NCBI GenBank assembly: GCA_963708395.1 | Contig: CAVPSG010000001.1 | Coordinates: 62,406 to 126,405, forward strand | Source of the DNA: an uncultured Acidobacteriota bacterium | GTDB taxonomy: Bacteria > Acidobacteriota > Thermoanaerobaculia > UBA5066 > Gp7-AA6 | Reading direction: 5' to 3' | DNA length: 64,000 nucleotides | Shown: one piece after another, positions 29,878 through 40,490 of the stretch | Layout: each line of letters starts with the position of its first letter | How positions within the stretch are numbered: the stretch's first letter is position 1 | Made by a program: the position numbers and the translations under genes | Notes under the pieces: model-generated | Database searches by the model: none | Seen by the model: the letters and a program-made list of their open reading frames with translations, nothing else | Told to the model about the DNA's origin: nothing

Positions 29878-32018
29878 ATCTTCTCGCCCGCCTCGCCGAC
29901 CGCCCGGAGCCCCCGGCGCGCCTGGCGGTCGATCAGCGCCTGCTGAGAGTCGTACGGCGCGTCTCCCGGGGCGGGCTTGCGGCGGACGTAGACGCCGTCG
30001 GGTCCGAGATCCCGCGCACGCGAGTTGTCGCGCTTCAGAGGCTCGAGGATTTCCTGCCGGACCTTCTCCTTCGCTTTCTCATCCAGGATCGGCACCATCA
30101 GCTCGACGCGGCGGAAGAAGTTGCGCGGCATCCAGTCGGCGCTCGCAATGTAGATCTCTTCCTCGCCGCCCACGCCGAAAGAGAACGTGCGGCTGTGCTC
30201 GAGGAAACGCCCGACGACGCTCGATACGGAGATCGTCTCGGAGACGCCCGGCACGCCGGGCCGCAGGCAGCAGATGCCGCGAATGGCGAGGGTAATGGGC
30301 ACGCCCGCGGCGGAGGCCCGGTACAGCGCCCGGATCGCCCGGGGATCCACGAGGGCGTTCATCTTGGCGACGATCGAGGCCGGCTTGCCCTCGCGGGCCT
30401 TCTGCGCCTCGCGGTCGATGAGGGAAACGACCTTCTCGTGGAGCGAGACCGGCGCCACGGTGAGCCGCTTGTAGCGCGTCCGCTTGGAAAAGCCGGTCAG
30501 GAAGTTGAAGAGCTGGGATGCGTCCTCGCCGAAATCCGCGCGCGCCGTGAAGAGCCCGAGATCCGTGTAGATGCGGCCCGTCAGGCGGTTGTAGTTTCCC
30601 GTGCCGATGTGCACGTAGCGCCGCATCGCGCTGCCTTCGCGGCGGACTACGAGCGTGATCTTGGCATGCGTCTTCAGTCCCTCGACGCCGTAGGCCACGT
30701 GGGCGCCGGCGCGCTCGAGCGACTGAGCCCACTGGATGTTCTTCTCCTCATCGAACCGCGCCTGGAGCTCGACGAGCACGGCGACCTGCTTCCCGTTCTC
30801 GGCCGCGCGGGCGAGCGCCGCGACGATCGGCGAGTCCGATCCCGTCCGATAGAGCGTCATCTTGATCGCGAGGACGTCCGGGTCGGTAGCGGCATCGTCC
30901 AGGAATCGGACGACGGGGTCGAACGAGTCGTACGGGAGGTGCAGCAGGATGTCGCGCTGGCGGATCTTCTCGAAGCAGTCGCCGGGCTGCGCGAAGAGCG
31001 AGCCGGCGGCCGGAAGGTACGGCGTGTCCTTCAGATCCGGACGGTCGAGGCGCTGCACCGCGAGGCAGTCCGAGACGGCGAGCGGTCCCGCGCTCTCGTA
31101 GACGTCCTCCGCGTCGAGCTCGAGCTGTGCGCGCAGCAGTTCGCGAACGCTCTCGGGGCAGCGGGCGTCGACCTCGAGCCGGATGGCCGCGCCGAATCGC
31201 CGCTGGCGGACGTTCTCGGCGACGGAGCGCAGGAGGTCGCCCGCCTCCTCCTCGCGAATGTCGATGTCGGCGTCGCGCGTGACGCGGAAGGAGGAGGCGC
31301 CCCGGATCTTCATCCCGGGGAAGAGCTGCGGCAGGTGCGCTTCGACGAGATCCTCCAGGAGCATGAACTCGGCGGAACGCGGCGAGTTGCCGGCCAGGGG
31401 CACGAAGCGCGGGAGCGACGGCGGCACCTTGACGCGCGCGAAGAAGCCGCGGCCATCTTCCTTCTCGGCGAGCTCGACGGCGAGCGAGAGCGAGAGGTTC
31501 GAGACGAAGGGAAACGGATGCGCCGGATCGAACGCGAGCGGCGTCAGGATCGGGAACACGACGCTCTCGAAGTACGCCGTCAGCTCCTTGCGGCGCTCGG
31601 CGTCCACGTCGGTCCAGCGCAGGATCCGGATGCCGGCCTCCGCCAGGTGCGGCAGCAGCTCGCCGTTCAGCAGCGCGTCCGCGGCGGCGAGATCGCGTCG
31701 CACCACTTCTCCGATCGCGCGCAGCTGTTCGTGGGGTGAGAGGCCGTCGGCGCTCCGCTCCGTCACCGCGGCCTCGAGCTGCTCGTGCAGGCCCGAAACC
31801 CGGATCATGAAGAACTCGTCGAGGTTGGAGTGGAAGATCGAGAGGAACTTCAGCCGCTCGAGAAGAGGCCAGGCGGAATCCTGCGCTTCTTCGAGGACGC
31901 GATGATTGAAGGCGAGCCAGGAGATCTCACGGTTGAAATAGAGAGATCGGTCCTGGAAAGTATCGTCCGGGACGAGGGACGAAGATTCTCCTGCGAGCTT
32001 TTCAGTCGCTTCGGTCAT
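29874..32018 (-). CDS. ppk1: Polyphosphate kinase 1
   Basis: NREISWLAFNHRVL, SNLDEFFMIRV, HPFPF, LKTHAK, GTGNYN, RFLEHSR, SADWMPRN. Confidence 0.97.
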   Translation of the reverse strand: MTEATEKLAGESSSLVPDDTFQDRSLYFNREISWLAFNHRVLEEAQDSAWPLLERLKFLSIFHSNLDEFFMIRVSGLHEQLEAAVTERSADGLSPHEQLRAIGEVVRRDLAAADALLNGELLPHLAEAGIRILRWTDVDAERRKELTAYFESVVFPILTPLAFDPAHPFPFVSNLSLSLAVELAEKEDGRGFFARVKVPPSLPRFVPLAGNSPRSAEFMLLEDLVEAHLPQLFPGMKIRGASSFRVTRDADIDIREEEAGDLLRSVAENVRQRRFGAAIRLEVDARCPESVRELLRAQLELDAEDVYESAGPLAVSDCLAVQRLDRPDLKDTPYLPAAGSLFAQPGDCFEKIRQRDILLHLPYDSFDPVVRFLDDAATDPDVLAIKMTLYRTGSDSPIVAALARAAENGKQVAVLVELQARFDEEKNIQWAQSLERAGAHVAYGVEGLKTHAKITLVVRREGSAMRRYVHIGTGNYNRLTGRIYTDLGLFTARADFGEDASQLFNFLTGFSKRTRYKRLTVAPVSLHEKVVSLIDREAQKAREGKPASIVAKMNALVDPRAIRALYRASAAGVPITLAIRGICCLRPGVPGVSETISVSSVVGRFLEHSRTFSFGVGGEEEIYIASADWMPRNFFRRVELMVPILDEKAKEKVRQEILEPLKRDNSRARDLGPDGVYVRRKPAPGDAPYDSQQALIDRQARRGLRAVGEAGEKI

Positions 32019-32052
32019 CGAAGGAAACGGAGGGTATCACCCCGTCCCGAAA

Positions 32053-32074
32053 TCAGTGTTAAAAGGACGGTAAG
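32053..32074 (-). promoter_or_regulatory. Pho-box-like pair upstream of ppk1
   Basis: Minus strand CTTACCGTCCT / TTTAACACTGA. Confidence 0.55.
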
Positions 32075-32529
32075 TCGCTCCTTTCGAGTCGTTTCGGGCG
32101 AGCGTCCTCGGCTGGCGCCCGAGGTCCCTCGCGACACCGCCGGTCGTCTGCGCCGCGTCCATTCGCGGACCTCGAGGCGGGGTCGCCCGCTCCCATTCGG
32201 TTGACGGCGCCCCGGCGGGCGTCTCATCGAAGCGGAGATCCGAGACGAGTGATCCAATGGCTCGCAGCGGCACCGATGTGCTCGAGCGCGATCTCTCGAT
32301 GCATGGCAGTCCCGAGGCGCGGCGGTCCCTCGCGATCGGCGGAGGTCGGGAATTGTCCGGCACTCATCCGAACGCCGACGGCTCCCCCCGGGAGACGCTC
32401 CGCGCCCGCCCGCCCGACTTCGGCGAACCGAGGTCCGTCCTGCATTTCGGCCCGAGTGCTCCGGACTCTTCTTGTTGTGCGGGGAAGAAGCCGCGGCGCG
32501 AGGCCTCTGGTGATCGCGGCCCGCGACCC

Positions 32530-32551
32530 GTTCACGAACTGTTGACCGCGC
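32530..32551 (+). promoter_or_regulatory. Pho-box-like pair upstream of the porin
   Basis: GTTCACGAACT / GTTGACCGCGC, with TTTACA at 32564. Confidence 0.6.
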
Positions 32552-32648
32552 CTACGCGCGGAATTTACATTCCGATCTTACGGTTCCCGGCCAGCTTGAT
32601 CGAACCGAAGACCATGGCACGAGCAACTCTTGTTTCGGAGGAGGCGCG

Positions 32649-34130
32649 ATGAAGAAGCTGGTGATCCTGGCCCTCTGTCTGGGGATGCTGTCCGTTCGCG
32701 GGTTGGCTCAGGACGCAACGGACAGCGCCAACAAGGAACCCGACGCCACCAAGAACGAACCGGATGCGACCAAGAAAGAGTTGTCCGCCAAACAGCTCGA
32801 GGAAATGAAGAAGGCCCTGGAGGAGCAGCAGAAGCAGATCGAGAGGCTCAAGCAGGAGGCGGCCGAGCGCGACCGCGCTCTCGGAGAGATGCAGAAGCAG
32901 GTCCAGGACGAGATCGACCGGCAGGCGGCGGCCAAGACGGCGGAGAAGCCCGGCTTCGTTCAGGCGTCGCTGACTCCGTCGCCGACCCTGAATCAAACCA
33001 CGGTCACGGTGAATCCCGCCACGGCCATGCCCTCGCAGCCCTGGGCGGTTCTGAAAGTCAGCGACACGATCAACTTCCGGTTCGGTGCGGTCGTTCAGGG
33101 GACCTACGAGGCAACCCAGGACCCCGTCAGCGAAGGCTACTCGCAGAATTTCTATCTGCGGCGGGCCCGATTCAGCATTCTGGGAACGATGCCCGCGGGC
33201 GTTTCCGTCTTTTTCCAGACCGACGATCCGCGCGTCGGCAACGCGGGGACCAATGGCGTGAAGGCCATCAACACGGGATTCCAGATTCAGGATTTCTACG
33301 TGCAGTGGGCCTTCGCCGGCAAGGCCGCGGCGCTCCAGGCGGGGTTGTTCCTCGTGCCGACGCTGCGGCAGACGCTCACGAGCGTTTCGACGTTCCTGTC
33401 GCTCGATCTTCCGACCTGGGGTCAGCAGGAGGGAACGATCGAGGAGCAGACCGGCGGGCGCGACTACGGCGTGGGCATGAACGGCGCGCTCTTCGACAGT
33501 CATCTGTCGTACCGCGTCGGGGCCTTCTCGGGCTTTCGCGCGCCGAGCGGCCCGAGCCTGACGCCACCGCTCGGAGTGGAAGCGGGATCGCGCAACCCGC
33601 TGCGCTTCGCCGGACGCATCATGTGGGACTTCTTCGACAGCGAGTACGGCTACTCCTACGCGGGAACCTATCTCGGCAAGCAGAAGGTCCTCGCCATCGC
33701 GGGATTCGGGGACGGGCAGGGCGACTACCAGTCCTACGGCGGCGACGCCTTCTTCAACTGGCCCCTCGACTTCGGAAGCGTCACGGCGGAAGCGGACTAC
33801 CGGAAGATCCACAGAAATTTCTTCATCTACAACGTCAACGGCACGCCGACGACGCTGCCCGGGCAGTACACGGTCTTCGGGAACGTCGGCGTCTACTTCG
33901 CCGACGCCAAGCTTCAGCCTTTCTTCCGTTACGAGGTGCTGAGGTTCTCCGACGCGATCAACGAGGTCAAGAACCAGACGCGCTTCGGCGGCGGGTTGAA
34001 CTTCTACATCCTGGGGCAGAACGCCAAGATCACGCCCTACTTCGAAAGGGTCCAGCCGAACGTCCAGCCGCTGACGGCCCAGCTGAAGGACTTCAACCGC
34101 TTCGTCTGCCAGTTCCAGGGCTCCTTCTAA
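32649..34130 (+). CDS. Outer-membrane porin, OprO/OprP-like, with N-terminal coiled coil
   Basis: Signal peptide; coiled coil; FYLRRARF, GRDYG, FFRYE; terminal Phe; Pho context. Confidence 0.75.
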   Translation: MKKLVILALCLGMLSVRGLAQDATDSANKEPDATKNEPDATKKELSAKQLEEMKKALEEQQKQIERLKQEAAERDRALGEMQKQVQDEIDRQAAAKTAEKPGFVQASLTPSPTLNQTTVTVNPATAMPSQPWAVLKVSDTINFRFGAVVQGTYEATQDPVSEGYSQNFYLRRARFSILGTMPAGVSVFFQTDDPRVGNAGTNGVKAINTGFQIQDFYVQWAFAGKAAALQAGLFLVPTLRQTLTSVSTFLSLDLPTWGQQEGTIEEQTGGRDYGVGMNGALFDSHLSYRVGAFSGFRAPSGPSLTPPLGVEAGSRNPLRFAGRIMWDFFDSEYGYSYAGTYLGKQKVLAIAGFGDGQGDYQSYGGDAFFNWPLDFGSVTAEADYRKIHRNFFIYNVNGTPTTLPGQYTVFGNVGVYFADAKLQPFFRYEVLRFSDAINEVKNQTRFGGGLNFYILGQNAKITPYFERVQPNVQPLTAQLKDFNRFVCQFQGSF

Positions 34131-34253
34131 CTCTGCGGATCGCGGGCGGCGGAGGCCTCCGACAGACCTTCGCCGCCCGGGCTTCGGGTTCCGGTGCGGG
34201 GAGGAGACTCCGGTCGATGGAAGGCGCCGGCCGGGATGGGTCGGCCGCGGGAA

Positions 34254-34281
34254 TTGACCTTCGGCGCGACCGGTTCATAAT
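34254..34281 (+). promoter_or_regulatory. Putative sigma70 promoter of the leader-RND operon
   Basis: TTGACC-16 nt-CATAAT. Confidence 0.55.
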
Positions 34282-34346
34282 CATCGCCAGCAGGTCAAGA
34301 GATTGGCGAGCGGCCCACACACCTTCATTCGAGCCAGTTTCCGGCC

Positions 34347-34748
34347 GTGGTGAGAAACCTCGGCGAGGGGGCTCCCGCGGGCGTCTCAGCGGTTTCTGCC
34401 GGGCGCCCCGGGCCCGGGCGTCGCGGGCCCTCGCTCCTCCTTCTTCGTTCGCTCGGCCTCGCGTTGACCCTCGTCGCGCTCCTGGTCGCGGCCTATCGAA
34501 GCCGCGTCGACTGGCGCTCGCGGGCCCGAGGCGTGTGCGAGCTCTCGAGCTCGACCTCGGATCCGGTCGGGGTTCCCATTCCGGAGGACCGGACGAGGGC
34601 GCCCCAAGACGTGATCACGATCGCGGTTCCGATCCTCGCGCCCCCGCCGGCGTTCCGTCTCCGATACGACGGGCGTCCCTCGCCCGGCGTCCTCGCGGCC
34701 CACACGCCCGACCACCGCCTCCGCGGTCCTCCGCAACTCCCGTCCTAG
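34347..34748 (+). CDS. Putative leader/arrest peptide (TM helix, C-terminal RGPP)
   Basis: Hydrophobic SLGLALTLVALLVAAY; ends HRLRGPPQLPS*; directly upstream of the RND operon; start codon uncertain. Confidence 0.55.
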   Translation: MVRNLGEGAPAGVSAVSAGRPGPGRRGPSLLLLRSLGLALTLVALLVAAYRSRVDWRSRARGVCELSSSTSDPVGVPIPEDRTRAPQDVITIAVPILAPPPAFRLRYDGRPSPGVLAAHTPDHRLRGPPQLPS

Positions 34749-34870
34749 GCGCCCGAGGGAATTTCCCCCCGGGCAACGAGGCCGCGACGCGGTCTCGGGG
34801 ACCGCCGATGCCTCTCGAGGCCTCCGGCGGCTTCCGGTTCACGCGTCGCGGCGCTTCGCAGAGGAGAGCC

Positions 34871-36034
34871 ATGGCTCTGGGGCGGAAAAAGGCATTGGCG
34901 CTTCTGGGCGCCGTGGCCGCGGTCGTTCTGATCGCGAGCCGATTCCTGCGGGGCGCTCCGGCCCGCGGCGTCGTGGCCGGCGGCGATTCGACTCTCCGCC
35001 CGGTGGCGGTCGCGGTGGCGAAGCGCGCCCCGCTCGCGAACACGCTCAGCCTGTCGGGTGAGTTCAAGCCCTTTCAGGACGTGGACCTCCACGCGAAGGT
35101 CGCCGGCTACATCCGGCGCATCTCCGTGGACGTCGGCGACCGGGTGCAGGCCGGGCAGGTTCTCGCGGTGCTCGAAGTGCCCGAGCTCGAGGCGGAAGCT
35201 CAGGGGGCCGCCGCGTCGCTCGAGCGGGCGAAATCGGCGTACGCCGCCGCGCACTTCGCCTACCTGAGACTCAAGCAGGCCTCCGACGCGCGTCCCGGCC
35301 TCATCGCGCCGCAGGAGCTCGACGACGCCCTCGCGCGCGACAAGGAGGCCGAGGCGCAGGTCGGCATCTCCGAGGCAACCCAGAAGCAGCAGGCCGCGCT
35401 CTCCGACTACACCCGCATCACGGCTCCCTTCACCGGCGTCGTCACGCGGCGCTATGCAGATACGGGAGCGCTCATCCAGGCGGGAACGTCCTCGAACACG
35501 CAGGCGATGCCGGTCGTTCGGCTCGCGGAGGACGACCGGCTCCGGCTGGTCCTGCCCGTGCCGGAATCGGCCGTTCCGCAGATCCATCTCGGGACCGAGG
35601 TCGAGGTCCGCGTCCAGGCGCTCGACCGGACCTTCCAGGGCCGCGTCGCCCGATTCAGCAGCGACCTCGATCGGCAGACCCGGACGATGGAAACCGAGAT
35701 CGACGTGGCGAACCCGGACGGCCGGCTCGTGGCCGGCATGTACGCCGAGACCGTTCTGGACCTCGGCCGGAAGGCGTCCGCCCTCACCATTCCCGTCGAG
35801 GCCGTGTCCCGCAAGGGATCGGAGAGCACCGTGCTCGTCGTTGGATCGAACGACCGCCTCGAAGAGCGGCGTGTCGGGCTCGGCATGGAGGGCACGAGCC
35901 GCGTCGAGGCGCTGACGGGAATCCGGGAGGGCGACCGCGTCGTGATCGGAAACCGCAGCGATTTCCGCGTCGGCGAGCAGGTCCAGCCGCGCCTGGTCGA
36001 GACGGCTCCGAGCGACGGGGGAGGGAATCCCTGA
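34871..36034 (+). CDS. RND efflux membrane-fusion protein
   Basis: GAGGAG RBS; LHAKVAGYI..VDVGDRV..ITAPFTGVVTRR..TRTMETEIDVANPDGRLVAGMY. Confidence 0.92.
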   Translation: MALGRKKALALLGAVAAVVLIASRFLRGAPARGVVAGGDSTLRPVAVAVAKRAPLANTLSLSGEFKPFQDVDLHAKVAGYIRRISVDVGDRVQAGQVLAVLEVPELEAEAQGAAASLERAKSAYAAAHFAYLRLKQASDARPGLIAPQELDDALARDKEAEAQVGISEATQKQQAALSDYTRITAPFTGVVTRRYADTGALIQAGTSSNTQAMPVVRLAEDDRLRLVLPVPESAVPQIHLGTEVEVRVQALDRTFQGRVARFSSDLDRQTRTMETEIDVANPDGRLVAGMYAETVLDLGRKASALTIPVEAVSRKGSESTVLVVGSNDRLEERRVGLGMEGTSRVEALTGIREGDRVVIGNRSDFRVGEQVQPRLVETAPSDGGGNP

Positions 36035-39000
36035 TGTCTCGCTTCGCAATCCGGAATCCCTACTTCATCGTCGTCGTCTGCCTGATCGTGGCCATCGTCG
36101 GCACCACGACGCTCGTGAGAATGCCGGTGGATCTCTTTCCCGCGATCAACATCCCGGTGGTCGTGGTCGCGACCTTCTATTCCGGAATGCCGCCGGAGCA
36201 GATCGAAACCGACATCACGGGCCGGTTCGAGAGGTTCTTCACTCTCGGAAGCGACATCGATCACATCGAGTCGCGGTCGCTGCCGGGCGTCAGCCTCATC
36301 AAGATCTACTTTCACGCCGGGGCGGATCCCAACGCCGCCCTGAGTCAGATCTCGAATCTCGCATTGGCCAACCTGCGCAAGCTGCCGCCCGGAACGCTAC
36401 CGCCCGTGGTTCTGAAGTTCGACGCCTCGAGCCTGCCGGTCTGCCTCATCACGCTCAAGGGGCAGGGCCTCGGAGAGACGGAGCTGCGCGACCTCGGGCA
36501 GTACGCCGTCCGCAATCAGGTGGCCAATGTCGCGGGCGCTTCCGTGCCCCAGCCCTTCGGCGGGAAGTACCGGCAAATCATGGTCTACGTGGATCCTCTG
36601 AAGCTCGATGCCCATCAGCTCTCGGTGATGGACGTGGTTCGCACGGTCAACGACAGCAACTTGATTCTCCCCGCGGGCGACGTCCGCATCGGACCGACGG
36701 ACTACAACCTGTACACGAACAGTCAACTGCCCACGACCGCCGAGATCAACCGGCTTCCCCTCAAGACCGTCAACGGTGCCTCGGTCCTGGTTCGGGACGT
36801 CGGGCAAGCCTCCGATGCGCACCAGATCCAGACGAACATCGTCCGAGTCGACGGCCAGCGCTCCGTCTATCTGCCGATCCTCAAGCAGGGGGGCGACACG
36901 AACACCATCGCCGTCGTCGACGGGATCCGGAAAGCCGTTTCGGGCCTGACGGACATTCCTCACCAGCTCGTCGCGAACGTGGTCTTCGACCAGTCGGTGT
37001 TCGTTCGCAAGGCAATCGAGAACCTTCTCCACGAGGGAGGGATCGGACTGCTCCTGACGGGAATCATGATTCTTCTCTTCCTCGGCAGCATGCGGGCGAC
37101 CGCGGCCGTGTTCCTCTCGATCCCGCTTTCGGCCCTGGCGGCGTTTCTGGCGATCAGCGCGGGAGGGGGCACCGTCAATACGATGGTGCTCGGCGGGTTG
37201 GCCCTCGCCTTTTCACGGCTGATCGACAACTCGGTCGTCGTGCTCGAGAACATCTTCCGGCACATGGAGATGGGAGAGGTCGCCGAGGAGGCCGCCGAGA
37301 AGGGGGGGCGCGAAGTGGCCCTTCCGGTTCTCGCGGCGACGCTGACGACCGTCGTCGTCTTTTTCCCCGTGGTGTTCCTCTACGGCGTCAGTCGCTTCCT
37401 TTTCCTGGCGCTCGCGCTCGCCGTGGTCCTGTCGCTGCTCGCGTCGTTCTTCGTGGCGATGACGGTCGTGCCGCTCTTCTGCGCCAAGTGGATGCGTCGG
37501 GCGCACCTCGAAGAAGACCACGTCGTGACGAAGTCCTGGGGCGGGAAGATCATCGCCCGCTTCAATCACCGGTTCGAACAGATGCTCAACCGGTACGACG
37601 CCGTTCTTGCGGGCGCCGTCGCGCGTCCGGGAGCGACGGTGGTCGGCGTGATCGCCATCTGCCTTCTGAGCTTTTCGCTGTACCCGTTGCTCGGCGTCTC
37701 GTTCTTTCCCCGCACCGATCCGGGCCAGTTCGTGATCAATCTGAAGGCGCCGTCCGGCACACGTCTGGACCTGACGGAGCAGATGATCCAGAGGGTCGAA
37801 GACGAGATCCGGAAGACGGTTCCACCGGGTGATCTCGGGATGATCGTCTCGAACATCGGAACGACTCCGGGATTTTCCTCGATCTACACGCCCAACTCCG
37901 CACCGCACACGGCATTCGTCCAGGTCAGCCTGAAGGAATCGCATCGGCTGGGCAGTTACGAGTACATGACGCTCGTGCGGCAGCGACTCCGCGAACAGCT
38001 TCCCGAATTGAGCGCCTACTTTCAGTCGGGCGGGCTCGTCGATGCGGTTCTCAACCTTGGGCTGCCGGCCCCGATCGACGTGCAGGTCAGCGGGATGAAT
38101 CTGGAGAGGACGTACGGCACCGCGACGGAGATCGCGGGCGAGATTCGGAAGCTTCGCGGGGTGAGCGACATGCTCGTTCCCCAGGACCTCAACTATCCCT
38201 CCCTGCGCCTCGATATCGATCGGACCAAGGCCAGTCTGGTCGGCCTCTCGCAGCGAGAGGTGGTCGACAACGTCATCACGGCCCTGACCTCGAATCAGAT
38301 GATCGCCCCGAGCTACTGGGTGGATCCGAAGACCGGCAACGACTACATGCTGACGGTCCAATACCCCGAGGACGGGATCCGCACTCTGTCGGATCTCCGC
38401 CAGATACCCCTGCGGGCCGCCGGCGGCTCGAATTCGACGCCGCTCGACGCCGTCGTGAAGATCCGGCCGATCGAAGCGCCGACCGAGGTGGACCACTATC
38501 AGCTGCGACGCGTCATCGACGTCTATGTGGCGCCGTCCGGCGAGGACCTCGGCCGCCTGAGCGCCGGCATCGACCGAATCGTCGCCCGCACGAAGCTGCC
38601 CGAAGGCGTCCGTGTGAATCTGCGGGGATCCGTACAGGGCATGCGATCTTCCTTCCGCAGTTTCGGGCTCGGTCTCCTGCTCTCGATCGTGCTCGTCTAC
38701 CTGATCCTCGTCGCGCAGTTCTCGTCGTTCCTCGACCCGTTCATCATCCTGCTGGCGATCCCGCCCGGCCTCGTGGGAGTCCTCCTCGTCCTGCTCGCCG
38801 CCGGTAGCACGCTGAATGTCATGTCCCTGATGGGGTTGATCATGATGGTCGGCATCGTAGTCTCCAACAGCATCCTGATCGTCGATTTCACCCGCATCCT
38901 TCGCCGCGAAGGTGTTCCCCTGGGCCAGGCGGTCGGGCAGGCCTGCCGGATCCGGCTGCGTCCCATCCTGATGACGTCTCTCGCGACCATCATCGGATTG

Positions 39001-39171
39001 ATTCCGATGGCGATGAAGCTCGGAACGGGGGCGGAGGCCTACGCGCCGCTGGCTCAGGCGATCATCGGAGGACTCCTCGTCTCCGTCGTCGCGACGGTGT
39101 TTCTCGTTCCGGCGGCCTATGTGCTCCTGCACCGCAAGGAGGAGCTCGTCACCGCGGAGGAGGTCCGATGA
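36034..39171 (+). CDS. RND efflux permease (AcrB/AcrD/AcrF family)
   Basis: 1045 aa; MPVDLFP, LIDNSVVVLENIFRH, GIVVSNSILIVD, RLRPILMTSLATIIGLIPMA. Confidence 0.95.
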   Translation: MSRFAIRNPYFIVVVCLIVAIVGTTTLVRMPVDLFPAINIPVVVVATFYSGMPPEQIETDITGRFERFFTLGSDIDHIESRSLPGVSLIKIYFHAGADPNAALSQISNLALANLRKLPPGTLPPVVLKFDASSLPVCLITLKGQGLGETELRDLGQYAVRNQVANVAGASVPQPFGGKYRQIMVYVDPLKLDAHQLSVMDVVRTVNDSNLILPAGDVRIGPTDYNLYTNSQLPTTAEINRLPLKTVNGASVLVRDVGQASDAHQIQTNIVRVDGQRSVYLPILKQGGDTNTIAVVDGIRKAVSGLTDIPHQLVANVVFDQSVFVRKAIENLLHEGGIGLLLTGIMILLFLGSMRATAAVFLSIPLSALAAFLAISAGGGTVNTMVLGGLALAFSRLIDNSVVVLENIFRHMEMGEVAEEAAEKGGREVALPVLAATLTTVVVFFPVVFLYGVSRFLFLALALAVVLSLLASFFVAMTVVPLFCAKWMRRAHLEEDHVVTKSWGGKIIARFNHRFEQMLNRYDAVLAGAVARPGATVVGVIAICLLSFSLYPLLGVSFFPRTDPGQFVINLKAPSGTRLDLTEQMIQRVEDEIRKTVPPGDLGMIVSNIGTTPGFSSIYTPNSAPHTAFVQVSLKESHRLGSYEYMTLVRQRLREQLPELSAYFQSGGLVDAVLNLGLPAPIDVQVSGMNLERTYGTATEIAGEIRKLRGVSDMLVPQDLNYPSLRLDIDRTKASLVGLSQREVVDNVITALTSNQMIAPSYWVDPKTGNDYMLTVQYPEDGIRTLSDLRQIPLRAAGGSNSTPLDAVVKIRPIEAPTEVDHYQLRRVIDVYVAPSGEDLGRLSAGIDRIVARTKLPEGVRVNLRGSVQGMRSSFRSFGLGLLLSIVLVYLILVAQFSSFLDPFIILLAIPPGLVGVLLVLLAAGSTLNVMSLMGLIMMVGIVVSNSILIVDFTRILRREGVPLGQAVGQACRIRLRPILMTSLATIIGLIPMAMKLGTGAEAYAPLAQAIIGGLLVSVVATVFLVPAAYVLLHRKEELVTAEEVR

Positions 39172-40468
39172 GGAGATGCCTTTCTCTGCTGGTCGCCGTC
39201 GCTCTCGGCTCGGCTTCGTCGGTGCGCGCGCAGGAGCCGCCGCCGGCCGCTCCGATCCGGCTCGCGGTCGCCGATGCCGAAGCGCTGGCCCTGAAAAACA
39301 ACCCCCAGATCACGGTCACCCGGCTGAACGCGCTGGCCTCGCAGCAGGTCTCGCAGGAGGTCCGGTCCGCGCGGTATCCCACGCTCACCGCCTACGTGAC
39401 CGGCGTCGTCGCCGAACAGGAGAGCCGGATCACCGCCGGGGCGATCAACAACCCCATCCTCTACGACCGCCTGGCGGGAGGCGCGGCCATCGGCCAGCTC
39501 ATCACGGATTTCGGCCGAACGGGCAACCTCGTCGAAAGCTCGAATCTCCGGGCGCAGGCCGAGGAGCAGAGAGCCGTCGCCACCGCCGCGCAGATCACTC
39601 TCGCCGTCGATCAGGCCTTCTATCGGGCCCTCGAGACGCGGGCCCTGCAGGAAGTCGCGCAACAGACCCTCGAGGCACGGCAGGCCGTGGCCGATCAGGT
39701 TCGGGCCCTGACCGAGAACAAGCTCAAGAGCGATCTCGACCTGAGCTTCGCCGAGGTCAACCTCGCCGAGGCGAAGCTGCTGCGGATCGATGCGGAGAAC
39801 AGCCAGAAGTCCGCGCTCGCCGTTCTCTCGGCGGTGCTCGGGTACTCGAGCGACCAGGCTTTCGAGCTGATCGACGAGGCTACGCCGATCGAGGCGCCGT
39901 CCCGGATCTGGATCGCTTGACCGCGCTCGCCATCTCGCGCAGGCCGGAGCTGGCGGCGCTGCAGCTCGAATCCCGCGCCCTCGAGAGGCTCCACGTCGCG
40001 GAGGAAGACCTCTCCCGGCCGAGCGTGAGGACCCTGGGCGTGATCGGCGGCGCGCCAATCCGAAACGAACACCTTTCGTCCTGGTACGGGGCGATCGGAT
40101 TCAACGTGGAGATCCCGGTCTTCAACGGGTATCTCTTCACGGCCCGCGCGAAGGAGGCGGATCTCCGCGCGCAGGCGGCCCGCGAGCAGCTGCGGGATCT
40201 CCAGAACACGGTGGCCCGGGACGTGCGCACGAGCTGGCTCGCCGCGAGCACTGCCTATGGCCGTCTTGCCGTCACGCGCCAGCTGCTCGACCAGGCCGGT
40301 CAGGCGCTCGATCTCGCGCGTACGCGATACACGCTGGGGTTGGGCTCGATCGTCGAGCTGACGCAGGCGCAGCTCCAGGCGACCCGGGCGCAGATCGGGG
40401 ATACCGACTCCCGATACCAGTACCGGCTTTCCCAGGCGGTCCTGAGGTTCGAGGTCGGCGGCTTCTAA
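39168..40468 (+). CDS. TolC-family outer-membrane efflux protein (indel near 39900)
   Basis: ALALKNNP, QLITDFGRT, RRPEL, RYTLGLGSIVELTQAQ in two frames. Confidence 0.9.
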
Positions 40469-40490
40469 CGTTCGGCCGCTCCCGCGGGGC

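Noticed and set aside
32730-32780. 21-nt tandem repeat (EPDATK twice) in the porin N-terminus
   Set aside because: Simple duplication in a disordered linker with no sign of function
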